Part shown: in pieces, positions 5,943 through 16,081 of the stretch
Numbering within the stretch: the stretch's first letter is position 1
Layout of the letters: each line of letters starts with the position of its first letter
Assembly: GCA_963662715.1 (NCBI GenBank)
Contig: OY759724.1
Location: 2,910,001-2,942,000, forward strand
Origin: Candidatus Omnitrophota bacterium
GTDB lineage: Bacteria; Omnitrophota; Gorgyraeia; Zapsychrales; JANLHA01
Direction: 5' to 3'
DNA: 32,000 bases
Program-made: the position numbers and the translations under genes
The notes under the pieces: generated by a model
Database searches by the model: none
Told to the model about the DNA's origin: nothing
Seen by the model: the letters and a program-made list of their open reading frames with translations, nothing else

Positions 5943-8168
5943 ATGAAAAAAATTGTTCAGTTACTAACGATGCTTGTCGTATTTACCCTGTGCCTTGGCA
6001 TTCAATCCGTGTCCGCGGAAGATCCCGAAACCAATTGGCAGTTGCAACTTAAAGGGGTCGACGGAGATCTTGTTCAAGGATCATACTACTACGTGGAAGT
6101 CTGGTTTGTTTCAACGGATAATGGCGATAGCGGCACCGCCAATGACGGTGAGCAAAATCTGAACCGTTTCGGGCTTGATATTGATTATGACGAAACACGT
6201 TTGGAATCTCCGGCCATACTGTATGAATCTTATACAGATCCGAATGACCCGTTCGTTGAGATTTGGGACGGAGGTATTGTTCCGACGACTATAGAGGAAG
6301 ATACCGGGTATATAAGGGATGTGAACGGGAGTGAGCCGTTAGGCAGCAGCGGAGTATTTTTCCCTGATGACTTAAACGGAAAATTAGCCACCATCAGGTT
6401 TACGGCAAAAGTAACAGGCTCCCAGACAGACATTTTAACATGGGTTGATCCGGATATAGACGGGCTCGCCAGAATAGACGAGGTCACGTATAATCTTGAT
6501 CCGCTCATCCTTTGGAAAGACGGAACGTCTCTCAACGGCACCTATCTTCAGGAATATTACAGACTGCATCTGGGAATTAACGCCTTCGGTCAGGATGAAT
6601 TCCCGCAGGAAGTAAGCGAGCAGACATATTTCACCGGTGTGGCTTCAGCGTTGCAGGCCTTGCGTTTTTTAGGCCCGGCATATACCTGGCCGACCCAGCA
6701 GGAATTGTATGATGCGTATAATACCGGTGATGTCGGAGACGATTTCACCGCGCCTGCGTTAGAGACCTTGCTTAACGCCCTCACCTATAATAACAGCGGT
6801 TCGCCGTTTTATCGCATCTATCATTTTTCTGATTACAACGATAGCGATGAAGACACGGCTATTAAGAGAATCATTCACTGGATCGATTATGATGTCCCGA
6901 ACGCCCCGGATGAACCTAATGCGCCGGCCCATGTGCCTTTAAACGGCGCATACAACTGGATGACGGTTCGGGGGTTTGTCAGCGATATCGCTCCGACCGT
7001 AGAGGGTAATGTCTGGTCCATCCCGGAAGATGTCACGGTATACGGGCTTTGGCTCAACGACCCCAATGAGGATGGAATGGGCTACAACATCTATATGACC
7101 GGCGATGCCTTTAAGACGGCCTATGAGACTGTGGATGGAGGTCATCGCTCCGTTGTCGAGCCTCCTCTAGATGATGAAAAAATACAGAAATTTGAACAGG
7201 CTTTACCGGACATGAAAATCAATTATGTGAAAAGAAAAGCCAATAAACAACTCGCTCAGGCCATAAGATCAGATATGGAATTAACTTGGGATAAAAAAGA
7301 AGTTCTGGCCGCCAAGGAAGAATTAGATGAAACCCTTCTTCAACCTTTGGCTGAGGACGTGTTTGATCAATTCAAGTCACTAAACTGGGAAGACGTTATC
7401 CCGGAAGAATTGATGGCATCTCCTGATTTTAACAGCCTTTATTCAGAAACACCCTTTGCCTTGCCCATGACTGTCTTGAATGAGGAGAGTGCTACTGTCT
7501 ACACCCTCGTGCTTTTTGGCAAAGAACGGCCGCGCATGATCAGGAAATTGTATAAGGCCTATGCGGCCGTTGTGGTCGATGAAGAAGGCGTATTCCAGGA
7601 AGCATCCTGGACAACCTCCGGGGACACCTATCTTACGGAACGGGGAGCTTTGCATCTGGCCAAAAAAGCGCTGAAAGAAAACTACTTCAAAGAATTAAAA
7701 ATTTGGAAACGTTTATCAGGATCCCGCCGCTGGGACGTTGATATCGTCTTTCATCCGGAACTCAGCGGCAGTGTTTTTCTCCCGGTTTTTCAGGTGACTT
7801 CGCCTTTCGGCCCCGTTGTTTATGTGACACAGGATGGGGAAACGCAGATTGAAGGGGATGTCGATCCGGAGTTGAGAAAGGCGCTGCGGATAACGGCAGC
7901 CAAAAGAATAAAAAAAGCTGTTCTTGAAGAGACGACAAATAAGAAAGAAGACTTTCGGCAAGACGCTTTAGCACGTCTGCCTGTCATCAGCGTTGATGTC
8001 TCAGAACAGGACAATACTGTCGGTGTCCGTATTGACCCGGAAGATGCCAAAAAAACAAAAGAAATTATTGAAAGGGTTGCCGAACTCTACAAAGAAAAGA
8101 CCAATGCCGATGTTGTCACTGTCGTGCATTATGTCGGAGGTAAAATTTTCAGTCGATCGACTCATTAA
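5943..8168 (+). CDS. Secreted protein of unknown function with an N-terminal cohesin-like domain and a K/E-rich C-terminal region
   Basis: RBS GGAGAGG is present. The signal peptide is 'FTLCLGIQSVSA|ED'. Residues about 30-170 follow the cohesin pattern: 'GSYYYVEVWF', 'FGLDIDYDETRLES', 'GKLATIRFTAKVTG'. The rest is unassigned. The domain call is by eye only. Confidence 0.75.
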   Translation: MKKIVQLLTMLVVFTLCLGIQSVSAEDPETNWQLQLKGVDGDLVQGSYYYVEVWFVSTDNGDSGTANDGEQNLNRFGLDIDYDETRLESPAILYESYTDPNDPFVEIWDGGIVPTTIEEDTGYIRDVNGSEPLGSSGVFFPDDLNGKLATIRFTAKVTGSQTDILTWVDPDIDGLARIDEVTYNLDPLILWKDGTSLNGTYLQEYYRLHLGINAFGQDEFPQEVSEQTYFTGVASALQALRFLGPAYTWPTQQELYDAYNTGDVGDDFTAPALETLLNALTYNNSGSPFYRIYHFSDYNDSDEDTAIKRIIHWIDYDVPNAPDEPNAPAHVPLNGAYNWMTVRGFVSDIAPTVEGNVWSIPEDVTVYGLWLNDPNEDGMGYNIYMTGDAFKTAYETVDGGHRSVVEPPLDDEKIQKFEQALPDMKINYVKRKANKQLAQAIRSDMELTWDKKEVLAAKEELDETLLQPLAEDVFDQFKSLNWEDVIPEELMASPDFNSLYSETPFALPMTVLNEESATVYTLVLFGKERPRMIRKLYKAYAAVVVDEEGVFQEASWTTSGDTYLTERGALHLAKKALKENYFKELKIWKRLSGSRRWDVDIVFHPELSGSVFLPVFQVTSPFGPVVYVTQDGETQIEGDVDPELRKALRITAAKRIKKAVLEETTNKKEDFRQDALARLPVISVDVSEQDNTVGVRIDPEDAKKTKEIIERVAELYKEKTNADVVTVVHYVGGKIFSRSTH

Positions 8169-8197
8169 CCAGTAAATACCATTAAAAGGAGGAAATT

Positions 8198-8383
8198 ATG
8201 CAGATCAAACTCAGAAAAAAACTAAGAAGTAAAAAAGGCGCCAGCGCTGTTGAATATGCCTTGATAGCCGGTTTGGTTTCTGTGGTGCTTATCGCAACGC
8301 TTGGCTCGTCAGGAACTTTCGGCACAGCGTTTACGGGTATGTTTGGCCGGCTTGCCGATGAATTAGATGCTGTTCAACCGTAA
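8198..8383 (+). CDS. flp: Flp-family type IVb/IVc pilin
   Basis: 61 aa with a basic leader, then the Flp processing motif 'G|ASAVEYALIAGLVSVVLI' (G/xxxxEY followed by a hydrophobic helix). RBS AAAGGAGG lies upstream. Confidence 0.9.
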   Translation: MQIKLRKKLRSKKGASAVEYALIAGLVSVVLIATLGSSGTFGTAFTGMFGRLADELDAVQP

Positions 8384-8811
8384 TGAAATTCTTTAATGCT
8401 TCAAAACGAACACCGTTTGGATTAGAAAGCGGGGCATCAGCCGTGGAGTTTGCGCTGGTGCTCCCTTTCTTGCTAATTGTCTTTTTTGCAATCTTTGAAA
8501 TGTCATGGCTTGTTTCGTCACAGACGATCCTCAATCACGCTGTTTTTGAAGCCGGCCGGACAGCCGCGATTGCCAAAGAAGAAGGATATTCTGATACGGA
8601 CGCGACGTCTTATGCGAAGGCAAGAGCCGTGAACTCCTATTGGATGGGGGCTCTGGACCCGGATGATGTGACGGTGAATTTTGATGAAAGCGGCTATGTC
8701 CCGCAGGTTGAAATATCCGCCCTGATGAACTATGTCCCTTTAACGGGGTGGTTTGACGCAAGCCAGCTTCCCGGCCAGATCACATCCCAGGCGGCTATGC
8801 CGTATCATTAA
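8383..8811 (+). CDS. tadE: TadE-like pseudopilin
   Basis: The N-terminus 'SGASAVEFALVLPFLLIVFFAIFE' is the TadE/TadG-like motif. It has a TAATG overlap with flp. Confidence 0.8.
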   Translation: MKFFNASKRTPFGLESGASAVEFALVLPFLLIVFFAIFEMSWLVSSQTILNHAVFEAGRTAAIAKEEGYSDTDATSYAKARAVNSYWMGALDPDDVTVNFDESGYVPQVEISALMNYVPLTGWFDASQLPGQITSQAAMPYH

Positions 8812-8829
8812 TGACAGGAAAGAAGACCA

Positions 8830-10068
8830 ATGAAAAATGTGCGAGGAATGATAGCCTTTTTGATCGCCTTGTTTTGCGGTTTGATCGCCGCGAAAATGAC
8901 ATCAAAATATCTGAGGGAACTGCAAACGCCGCAGCCGCCGCAACCGGACATTGAAATGCAGGATATAGCGCCGATGGCCCCCGGGCAGGACAAGCCATTT
9001 ACGCAATCAATCCCCCAGGGCATGCGGGCTTTGAGTATACCGGTTGATGAAGTGACCGGGGTTTCCCGGGAAGTCAACAAAGGGGATATCGTTGATGTGG
9101 TTGCTGTATCTAAAGCCTCAGCCGAATGTAAGAATAAAGACGGCCGTATCGCCCGGGTGATTTTACAGGGAATAGAGGTTTTAGCAGCGGCCGCTCAGCA
9201 GGAGGAAGAGGACAAGCCGGCGTTACAAGTCACTAAGAAAGAAAAAAAGTGGGTGGCGACTCTTCTGGTCAAAGCGGAAGAGGCCCCTCTGCTGGCAGCG
9301 GCTGACGCTTCGGCCGATTTAAGACTCGTTGTCAGAAATCCTTCTGATGACATAGCCTTGCAAGAGCCTCTTGCAAGGGGGTTCGATAAAAAACAGGGCA
9401 GCTATGTCCACCGCGACCAACGGCAGATTCCTCCTGTTGATATGAAGAAACTCGTCCGTCCGGGCATGCGCGCTTTTACCCTGATTACGGAACTGGAAGA
9501 CGGTGTTTCCGGCCGTCTGCAGCCGGGAGACAGGGTTGATGTCATTTTGACCTGCCCCTTCGGGCATTTTAGTGCCAAGGGCCATGAGGCGGGGGCCGAA
9601 GGGACGATCACATCAACCCACATGGCATCGCGTATTTTTTTGCAGGACATTGAAGTTTTGGCCGTTGATGAAAACGAAAGGCTCGTCATGCCGCCTAAGC
9701 TTTCCAATGATAACCTGAATGACGTTATGCCGACGGAAAATGCTGCGGTGACGGAAGTGGTCCGTTCCGTTGTCCTGCATCTTAGCCCGGAAGATGCCGA
9801 GTTGCTGGCGGTCGCTCATGATGCGACAGAAAAAAGTGTTATACGCCTGGTTCTTCGCCATCCGGAGGATGCCGGGATAGTCAAAACAGACGGTCAGCTG
9901 TTAATTGAGCTGTTAACGGAAAAAAAGGAGTATTCCAATGTAGAAGTTATCCGCGGGATAGAGCAAACTGCAAAGAAATTTTTTAAATACAAAAAAGGTG
10001 CGATTGCGACGCGTTCTGAAGCTTTGTTTAATCTGCCTGATGTTGATGATAGGGATGGGAACGAATGA
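8830..10068 (+). CDS. cpaB: CpaB/RcpC-like Flp pilus assembly protein with a tandemly duplicated RcpC-type domain
   Basis: An N-terminal TM anchor is followed by two similar modules. Module 1 is 'GMRALSIPVDEVTGVSREVNKGDIVDVVAV...LQGIEVLAA...LRLVVRNPSD'. Module 2 is 'GMRAFTLITELEDGVSGRLQPGDRVDVILT...LQDIEVLAVD...IRLVLRHPED'. It sits between tadE and the secretin. Confidence 0.75.
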   Translation: MKNVRGMIAFLIALFCGLIAAKMTSKYLRELQTPQPPQPDIEMQDIAPMAPGQDKPFTQSIPQGMRALSIPVDEVTGVSREVNKGDIVDVVAVSKASAECKNKDGRIARVILQGIEVLAAAAQQEEEDKPALQVTKKEKKWVATLLVKAEEAPLLAAADASADLRLVVRNPSDDIALQEPLARGFDKKQGSYVHRDQRQIPPVDMKKLVRPGMRAFTLITELEDGVSGRLQPGDRVDVILTCPFGHFSAKGHEAGAEGTITSTHMASRIFLQDIEVLAVDENERLVMPPKLSNDNLNDVMPTENAAVTEVVRSVVLHLSPEDAELLAVAHDATEKSVIRLVLRHPEDAGIVKTDGQLLIELLTEKKEYSNVEVIRGIEQTAKKFFKYKKGAIATRSEALFNLPDVDDRDGNE

Positions 10069-11708
10069 AAACATATTTCATAATACTGCTCTCTTTGATT
10101 TTTTTGTGTTGTGCGGCTGTGGCAAATGTTTCGGCGGAAGATATGGAGGACTATCGTGATGTGCGGGAGACTGTCTCACAGAAAAATCAAGGGAAGAAAA
10201 TTTCACTTGAACTAAATAAATCCTTGTTATTTCGCCTGGAAAGACCGGCTATCCGCGTATCAATTTCGGCGACAGATGTCGCAGACGTCACCCTGCTCAC
10301 CCCCCGGCAGATACTCGTTGTATCTAAGAAAATTATCGGAACGACCAATTTGATTGTCTGGTATGACGAAGAAGAGGTGGAGTCCTTTGATGTTGAGATC
10401 TTTATCCCCAACCGTTTGCTGGAGATCATTGAATCCACCATTAAAGAACACGCCCCCCGGGCCTACATCACCCTGAATATCACTCCTACAAGCATTATTA
10501 TCGACGGTTTTGTTGAAGACCAGGAAACTTTTCTTCGTGTTGAAAAAATCGTCAAAAGCTACGTCCCGAACGTCACTAATCTCATCAAAATACGGGGAAC
10601 GATTCAAAAGGCCATTAATCGGGTGACCGGAGGAGAACACGTTAAAGTCATTATGGAAAAATCAGGCCTTTTGCTGGACGGGACGGTAGACAGTCAGGCG
10701 ACTCTGATCCGGGTGCTGCAAGTGGCCCGGGGCTACTCAAAAGATGTCAATAATATGATGACCGTTAAAAGTCCGCAACAGGTTCAGCTGGAAGTCACCA
10801 TTGCCGAAGTCTCCCGCAGCGCGATCAAACAACGCGGATTAAGTTATTTGTTAAACTCTGACGGCGGCCGGCTGGGACTTTTAAAGTCAGGAGCCTTATC
10901 AGATACCAGCGATGATTCTTCCGGCAGTTATTCGATTGAAAGTGAAGGTGTTCCTGATTTGAATGATGTCGCTAGCGCTCTGTGGGGGGCACAAGTCTCT
11001 GATGTCCTGTCGGACTCGGCCGTGAATTCGGCTTATGGCTCAGCCTTCCAGATTCTGGTACAGTCTATGGATGATAACTGGCTTTCGATCATCAGTCTTT
11101 TGAAAGGTCAGGGGCTGGCGAGGACCCTCGCGACACCAACCCTGGTCGCCCTCAATGGCCAAAAAGCGAAATTTCTTGTCGGGGGAGAAATTCCTTATGT
11201 TACGGAAGAGGCGATCATTTTCCGGGAATTTGGCATTCAACTGGAATTCACGCCTTATCTTACGGGTAAAGAAAGCATGACACTTGTTGTTGAACCGACG
11301 GTGAGCTCGGTGGACTGGTCTTTTGACCCGCCGGGATTAAAGGAACGCGCCGGGTCGACAACCTTGAGCCTAAAAGACGGACAGACATTTGTGATGGCCG
11401 GGCTCATCACAGAAGAATTTTCCGAAATCAGCAATAAAATTCCATTTTTGGCTGACATCCCCGTGCTCGGTTCGCTTTTTGAAAGCAAGCAGTTCCGGAA
11501 AAGCGAATCAGAATTGATTATCGTTGTGACGCCGCGTTTAGTCCGGCCCCTGAATCGAAATGAATTAAAGAAAGTGCCTATTTTTAAACAGCCTAAAGAT
11601 ATCAATGATGAGGAATTTTTCCTCTATAAAACAAACACAGACTCGAATGTGACAGACCGTAATTCCGCTCCCCCGCAGACTGTGGGGACATTCGGGTTCG
11701 CAAGGTAA
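10065..11708 (+). CDS. cpaC: CpaC/RcpA-family outer-membrane secretin
   Basis: A signal peptide is present, with a CpaC N-terminal domain ('LELNKSLLFRLERPAIRVSISATDVADVTLL...TTNLIVW'). Two BON-like modules follow. The secretin core reads 'LATPTLVALNGQKAKFLVGGEIPY' and 'IPFLADIPVLGSLFESK...SELIIVVTPRLV'. Confidence 0.9.
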   Translation: MKTYFIILLSLIFLCCAAVANVSAEDMEDYRDVRETVSQKNQGKKISLELNKSLLFRLERPAIRVSISATDVADVTLLTPRQILVVSKKIIGTTNLIVWYDEEEVESFDVEIFIPNRLLEIIESTIKEHAPRAYITLNITPTSIIIDGFVEDQETFLRVEKIVKSYVPNVTNLIKIRGTIQKAINRVTGGEHVKVIMEKSGLLLDGTVDSQATLIRVLQVARGYSKDVNNMMTVKSPQQVQLEVTIAEVSRSAIKQRGLSYLLNSDGGRLGLLKSGALSDTSDDSSGSYSIESEGVPDLNDVASALWGAQVSDVLSDSAVNSAYGSAFQILVQSMDDNWLSIISLLKGQGLARTLATPTLVALNGQKAKFLVGGEIPYVTEEAIIFREFGIQLEFTPYLTGKESMTLVVEPTVSSVDWSFDPPGLKERAGSTTLSLKDGQTFVMAGLITEEFSEISNKIPFLADIPVLGSLFESKQFRKSESELIIVVTPRLVRPLNRNELKKVPIFKQPKDINDEEFFLYKTNTDSNVTDRNSAPPQTVGTFGFAR

Positions 11709-11711
11709 AAT

Positions 11712-12884
11712 ATGAATTACGAAGAATATCAATACGCTATTATTTCTTTGGATGAAAAATTCACGGCCCATATTAAAAGAATTCTCAATCCCGCCATAAC
11801 GGCAGATCACATTATCTCCGCCGGTTCTTTAACACGGCTGCCAGTAAGTCAAAAAACTATTGTATTATTCGATGCGCGGACGTTGAATGTCCAGTCCATG
11901 GAATGTGCCCGGCAGTTTAAAAAAAGGAAAAGGGACGCTAAATTTCTGATTATTTCGGACAACATGGATCCTCATGAGATACGAAACTGGATGAGACTGG
12001 GAGCGGTTGATTATTTGACGCCCCCTTTAGATAGTAAAGAATTGCTGAATGCCGTTCAGCGCATGGTCGATTTAGACCATTCCCAAAATTTCAACGACTC
12101 GCAGGTTATGGGGGTCTTCAGCTTGAAAGGCGGACAGGGGGTTACATCCATAGCCACCAATATGACTGACCATATCACCCGTCTCACGCATGAAAAAAAC
12201 CTGTTAATGGACCTTAATCTTTATATGGGGCATATGTCTGTTCTTTTAAATCAAAAATGCACCTATACCCCTTTTAATCTGGTCCGGGATTTGCCGCGGG
12301 CGGATGAAGACCTTCTCCTGTCTTCTATAGAAAAACACGAAAACGGGTTCCACCTTTTGGGAGTTTCAGATGAGATTGCCGATGCGGAGCAGATCAGCCG
12401 TGAAGATGTGAAATCCATGCTTCAAGTATTAAGAAAAGTTTTTAATTTTATTGTCGTTGATCTCCCGCATGACTTTTCCAACCAGACCCTGGCCGCTCTT
12501 GATGAGTCCGATAGCATTCTTCTTGTTGTTCAACAGAGCGTGCCGAGTTTGAAAAGCGCCCAAATGGCCATTCAAATATTCGGGGAACTCGGGTATCCGG
12601 ATCATAAGGTCCATGTGGTTTTAAACCGGTATCTCAGCCGTAATCCCATTCAACACGATGATATTGAGGTAGCCCTGAATAAGCCTGTGTTTATGTCTTT
12701 AGAGAATAATTATCCCGTTATGTCGGAAGTTTTTAACAGCGGTCAGACCATTCATTCATTTGAAAGGCATTCAGATATTAACATAACATTTCATCATTTT
12801 GCAGCAAAATTGATCGGTGTAAATCCGGCCTTGAAACGCATGAGAACATTAAAAAGGCTCTTTTCGAGAATTAAAGGATCATAG
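11712..12884 (+). CDS. cpaE: TadZ/CpaE: atypical receiver domain plus ParA/MinD-like ATPase
   Basis: The N-terminus is receiver-like and lacks the conserved KP lysine ('DYLTPP'). A deviant Walker A occurs in 'FSLKGGQGVTSIATN'. It sits between the secretin and tadA. Confidence 0.8.
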   Translation: MNYEEYQYAIISLDEKFTAHIKRILNPAITADHIISAGSLTRLPVSQKTIVLFDARTLNVQSMECARQFKKRKRDAKFLIISDNMDPHEIRNWMRLGAVDYLTPPLDSKELLNAVQRMVDLDHSQNFNDSQVMGVFSLKGGQGVTSIATNMTDHITRLTHEKNLLMDLNLYMGHMSVLLNQKCTYTPFNLVRDLPRADEDLLLSSIEKHENGFHLLGVSDEIADAEQISREDVKSMLQVLRKVFNFIVVDLPHDFSNQTLAALDESDSILLVVQQSVPSLKSAQMAIQIFGELGYPDHKVHVVLNRYLSRNPIQHDDIEVALNKPVFMSLENNYPVMSEVFNSGQTIHSFERHSDINITFHHFAAKLIGVNPALKRMRTLKRLFSRIKGS

Positions 12885-12889
12885 CCTTT

Positions 12890-14239
12890 ATGAGCTTAAC
12901 GGAACGTTTCCTGAGAAACCAAAAAAGTGATAAAAATTATCACAACGAGCAGTTGACAATCGATGAGGCCTCTTTTGATAAAGCCAAATTGCTTGTTCAT
13001 GAAAAGGTCGTTGAGATCATGGATTTATCCAGTATCATGGAAATGCCCCGGGAAGAGCTTGAACGGTCTGTCCGGGATATTTTGATCCAAATGCTCGAAA
13101 CCGAAAAGATCCCGCTCAACAGAGCAGAACGTTCGCGTTTGATTTCGGAATTGTTAAATGAAATCCTGGGTTTGGGCCCTATTGAACTATTGATACATGA
13201 TGAAAGCGTACAGGATATCCTTATTAACGGAAGCAAAAACGTTTATATTGAAAAACAGGGTGTCATCCATCAAACAGCCATTCATTTCCGGAATGACGAA
13301 CATTTGATGCAGGTGATTGACAAAATTGTATCCAAAGTGGGCAGACGGGTGGATGAATCCTCCCCTATGGTTGATGTCCGGCTGCCCGACGGATCGCGCG
13401 TAAATGTCATTATTCCCCCTGTTGCTTTGGATGGGCCGCAGGTATCCATTAGAAAATTCGGTGACACCCGGTTAACACAGGAAGGGTTACTACAACATCA
13501 GAGCGCTACGGCCCAAATGACGGCATACCTTCAAATGGCGCTACGCTCCAAACTGAATATCCTTATTTCGGGCGGAACAGGCAGCGGGAAGACGACGTTG
13601 TTGAATATTTTATCAGGCCATATCCCGCATAACGAAAGAATCGTAACCATCGAAGATATTGCTGAACTTAAGTTAAACCAGCCTCATGTCGTGCGGCTGG
13701 AAAGCCGCCCGGAAAACATTGAATCCAGGGGGGAGATCACATTGACAGACCTCGTTAAAAACAGCCTGCGTATGCGGCCGGACCGAATTATTGTCGGAGA
13801 GACGCGGGGGGGGGAAGTCCTGAACATGCTTCAGGCCATGAATACAGGGCATCCAGGCTCCATGAGCACAATACATGCTAATTCCCCCCGGGATGCTTTC
13901 TCCCGCATGGAAGTGATGATTGGTATGGCTCCGACCATTTTATCAGAACGGGGAGCCAAAGGTTTGATCGCCAGTGCTATTAATGTGATCGTTCAATGTT
14001 CACGTCTTGTCGACGGCTCGCGCAAGGTCATATCCATTTCCGAAGTCTGCGGGATAGAAGACGGCGAAATCATGACGCACGAAATTTTCATTTTTGAACA
14101 GCAGGGGATCAGTGAGGAGGGGCGAGTCTACGGCTGTTTTAAGCCCGTAGGTTCAACATCCATTTACAAGGAACATTTCTTGTCTAACGGCATGGAACTG
14201 CCCCCGGCCCTGTTTCATTTCCAGCAAAAGGTTCGTTGA
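12890..14239 (+). CDS. cpaF: TadA/CpaF secretion ATPase
   Basis: Walker A is '[12 protein letters not shown]', Walker B/Asp box is '[12 protein letters not shown]', and the His box is '[12 protein letters not shown]'. Confidence 0.93.
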   Translation: MSLTERFLRNQKSDKNYHNEQLTIDEASFDKAKLLVHEKVVEIMDLSSIMEMPREELERSVRDILIQMLETEKIPLNRAERSRLISELLNEILGLGPIELLIHDESVQDILINGSKNVYIEKQGVIHQTAIHFRNDEHLMQVIDKIVSKVGRRVDESSPMVDVRLPDGSRVNVIIPPVALDGPQVSIRKFGDTRLTQEGLLQHQSATAQMTAYLQMALRSKLNILISGGTGSGKTTLLNILSGHIPHNERIVTIEDIAELKLNQPHVVRLESRPENIESRGEITLTDLVKNSLRMRPDRIIVGETRGGEVLNMLQAMNTGHPGSMSTIHANSPRDAFSRMEVMIGMAPTILSERGAKGLIASAINVIVQCSRLVDGSRKVISISEVCGIEDGEIMTHEIFIFEQQGISEEGRVYGCFKPVGSTSIYKEHFLSNGMELPPALFHFQQKVR

Positions 14240-14240
14240 A

Positions 14241-15179
14241 ATGGTTTTGTTAATAACCATCATTGTTTTTTTGACAATATTTTTTTCCGTGCTGACGGTG
14301 TATTTCCTGAAAGAGGACAATCGGCGTAAAGTTAAGAACACTTTACTTATACGATTGCTTCCGGCTGAAGAAGCCCTGCCGCATCATTTTTATCGTCTGA
14401 ATTCCCAAGTAGCGGACTCTCATGATTTTTGGTTAGCCAAGAAAATCAGGAAGCATCTGGAAATCGCCAACATGGAAATCCCGGTTAAAACTTTTATTTT
14501 TTATTGTTCTCTTATATCCGTTATAACATTAATTTTATTTTTATTCCTGACGGGGCCTTTAACGGCCTTAACAATGAGTTTATTGTCAGGAGGGCTTGGG
14601 CCTTTTTTGTACATCATGTATCGCCGGCATAAAAGAGAAAATGCCTTGGTTGCGCAGTTGCCCGATGCCGTTGATATGATCAGCCGGGGCCTTCGCTCGG
14701 GGCTGAATCTGGATGATAGTCTCAAGGAGATTGCCCGCTCCTTTTCAGACCCCATCGGACCGGAATTCAGGCGCATGTATGAAGAAATGGCGCTTGGCCT
14801 GTCCTTCGAGCAGGCTATAAGAGGTTTAGAAAGCCGTTTTGTCCGGGTACATGACGTGAAAATTCTTTGCGCGGCGTTTCTGATTCAGAGGGAAACAGGG
14901 GGGAACTTAACGTCTATTCTGGACACAATATCCAGGACGATCCGTTCCCGCCTGGTGTTTTTCCGCCAGGTACAAGCTCTGGGGACAGAAGGCCGCGTGT
15001 CGGCCTACATCCTCGGCAGCCTGCCTTTTTTGTTTGCTCTTATTACTTGGTTCATTCAGCCAGACTATATTAATCTGCTGTTTACAGAACCGGCGGGAAA
15101 AACGGCTTTAAGTTTAGCCTTGATTTTTGAGATGGCAGGATTCGCTCTTATGTACAGGATGGGAAAGGTGGAGGTATGA
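14241..15179 (+). CDS. tadB: TadB (type II secretion system F-family inner-membrane platform protein)
   Basis: Polytopic membrane protein with a T2SSF-type cytoplasmic domain ('LPDAVDMISRGLRSGLNLDDSL'), immediately after tadA. Confidence 0.85.
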   Translation: MVLLITIIVFLTIFFSVLTVYFLKEDNRRKVKNTLLIRLLPAEEALPHHFYRLNSQVADSHDFWLAKKIRKHLEIANMEIPVKTFIFYCSLISVITLILFLFLTGPLTALTMSLLSGGLGPFLYIMYRRHKRENALVAQLPDAVDMISRGLRSGLNLDDSLKEIARSFSDPIGPEFRRMYEEMALGLSFEQAIRGLESRFVRVHDVKILCAAFLIQRETGGNLTSILDTISRTIRSRLVFFRQVQALGTEGRVSAYILGSLPFLFALITWFIQPDYINLLFTEPAGKTALSLALIFEMAGFALMYRMGKVEV

Positions 15180-16081
15180 TCATAACTATTGCGGTTTTTA
15201 TCTTTATGACGGTTTTTGGCATAATTATCAGCTTGTATTATACAACCGAAATCATTCATCAGAAAAACATCTTATTCCGTCGGCTTTCGGTTGTCCGTCA
15301 TGAAAAATCAGACCATGTTTATAAAACAGCCCTGGTCAATATTTTCATGCATTTGGGCCGGCTTATTTTGCCCCAACAGAATACAGACCGGCACCTGATT
15401 TTGGAATGCCTGAAACGCACGGGATACCGTAACGAAAATGCCCTGTCATTTTTTTACGGTTTACGCATGATATCTGCTTTGGGAACGGCTTTGCTTATTC
15501 TGTTTTTTTCGATGCTCCTTCATGTGAAATCTCTGGTCGTGTGTTATGCGGGAGTACTTTTGGGGTATTATCTGCCTCTGTGGCTGTTGAAATGGAAAGA
15601 AAAACAAAGAGCCCAGACCATCTTCCGGGAATTGCCGGATGCTTTGGACATGTTTATTGTCTGCATGAATGCCGGATATAACTTTGACCGCGCATTGTTC
15701 CGGGTCAGCCAGGAACTTCGCCAGATTGCTCCTGTCTTGTCCAAAGAATTTGAACGTTATTTTTATGAAGTGGAAAGTGGATTGCCTGTCCAGGAAGCTC
15801 TCGGTAATTTAATAAACCGCAATCAGGTTGAAGAATTAACCAGTGTTGTGCAAATTTTAATGCAGTCGGCCCGCTTTGGAACGGATATCATTCATGCCCT
15901 TAAAATTCATGCCGAAAGTCTAAGAACCAAACGCCGACAGATGGCAGAACAAAAAGCGGCCAAAGTTTCGGTGAAGCTGGTTTTTCCAACGATCCTTTTT
16001 ATTATGCCCGCGATGATTTTGATCATCCTCGGGCCAACCGGAATCCGGTTTATTGAAAAATTAAAGGATTTAAAATGGTGA
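15176..16081 (+). CDS. tadC: TadC (type II secretion system F-family platform protein)
   Basis: Paralogous T2SSF architecture ('LPDALDMFIVCMNAGYNFDRAL'). It has a 4-nt overlap with tadB. Confidence 0.85.
   Translation: MIITIAVFIFMTVFGIIISLYYTTEIIHQKNILFRRLSVVRHEKSDHVYKTALVNIFMHLGRLILPQQNTDRHLILECLKRTGYRNENALSFFYGLRMISALGTALLILFFSMLLHVKSLVVCYAGVLLGYYLPLWLLKWKEKQRAQTIFRELPDALDMFIVCMNAGYNFDRALFRVSQELRQIAPVLSKEFERYFYEVESGLPVQEALGNLINRNQVEELTSVVQILMQSARFGTDIIHALKIHAESLRTKRRQMAEQKAAKVSVKLVFPTILFIMPAMILIILGPTGIRFIEKLKDLKW

Noticed and set aside
6590-7000. Possible papain/C39-like peptidase fold in the middle of the cohesin-like protein ('TGVASALQALRFLG' ... 'NWMTVRGF')
   Set aside because: The resemblance is vague, and the positions where catalytic Cys and His would be expected are not Cys or His. 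It is not supportable without an HMM or structure search.
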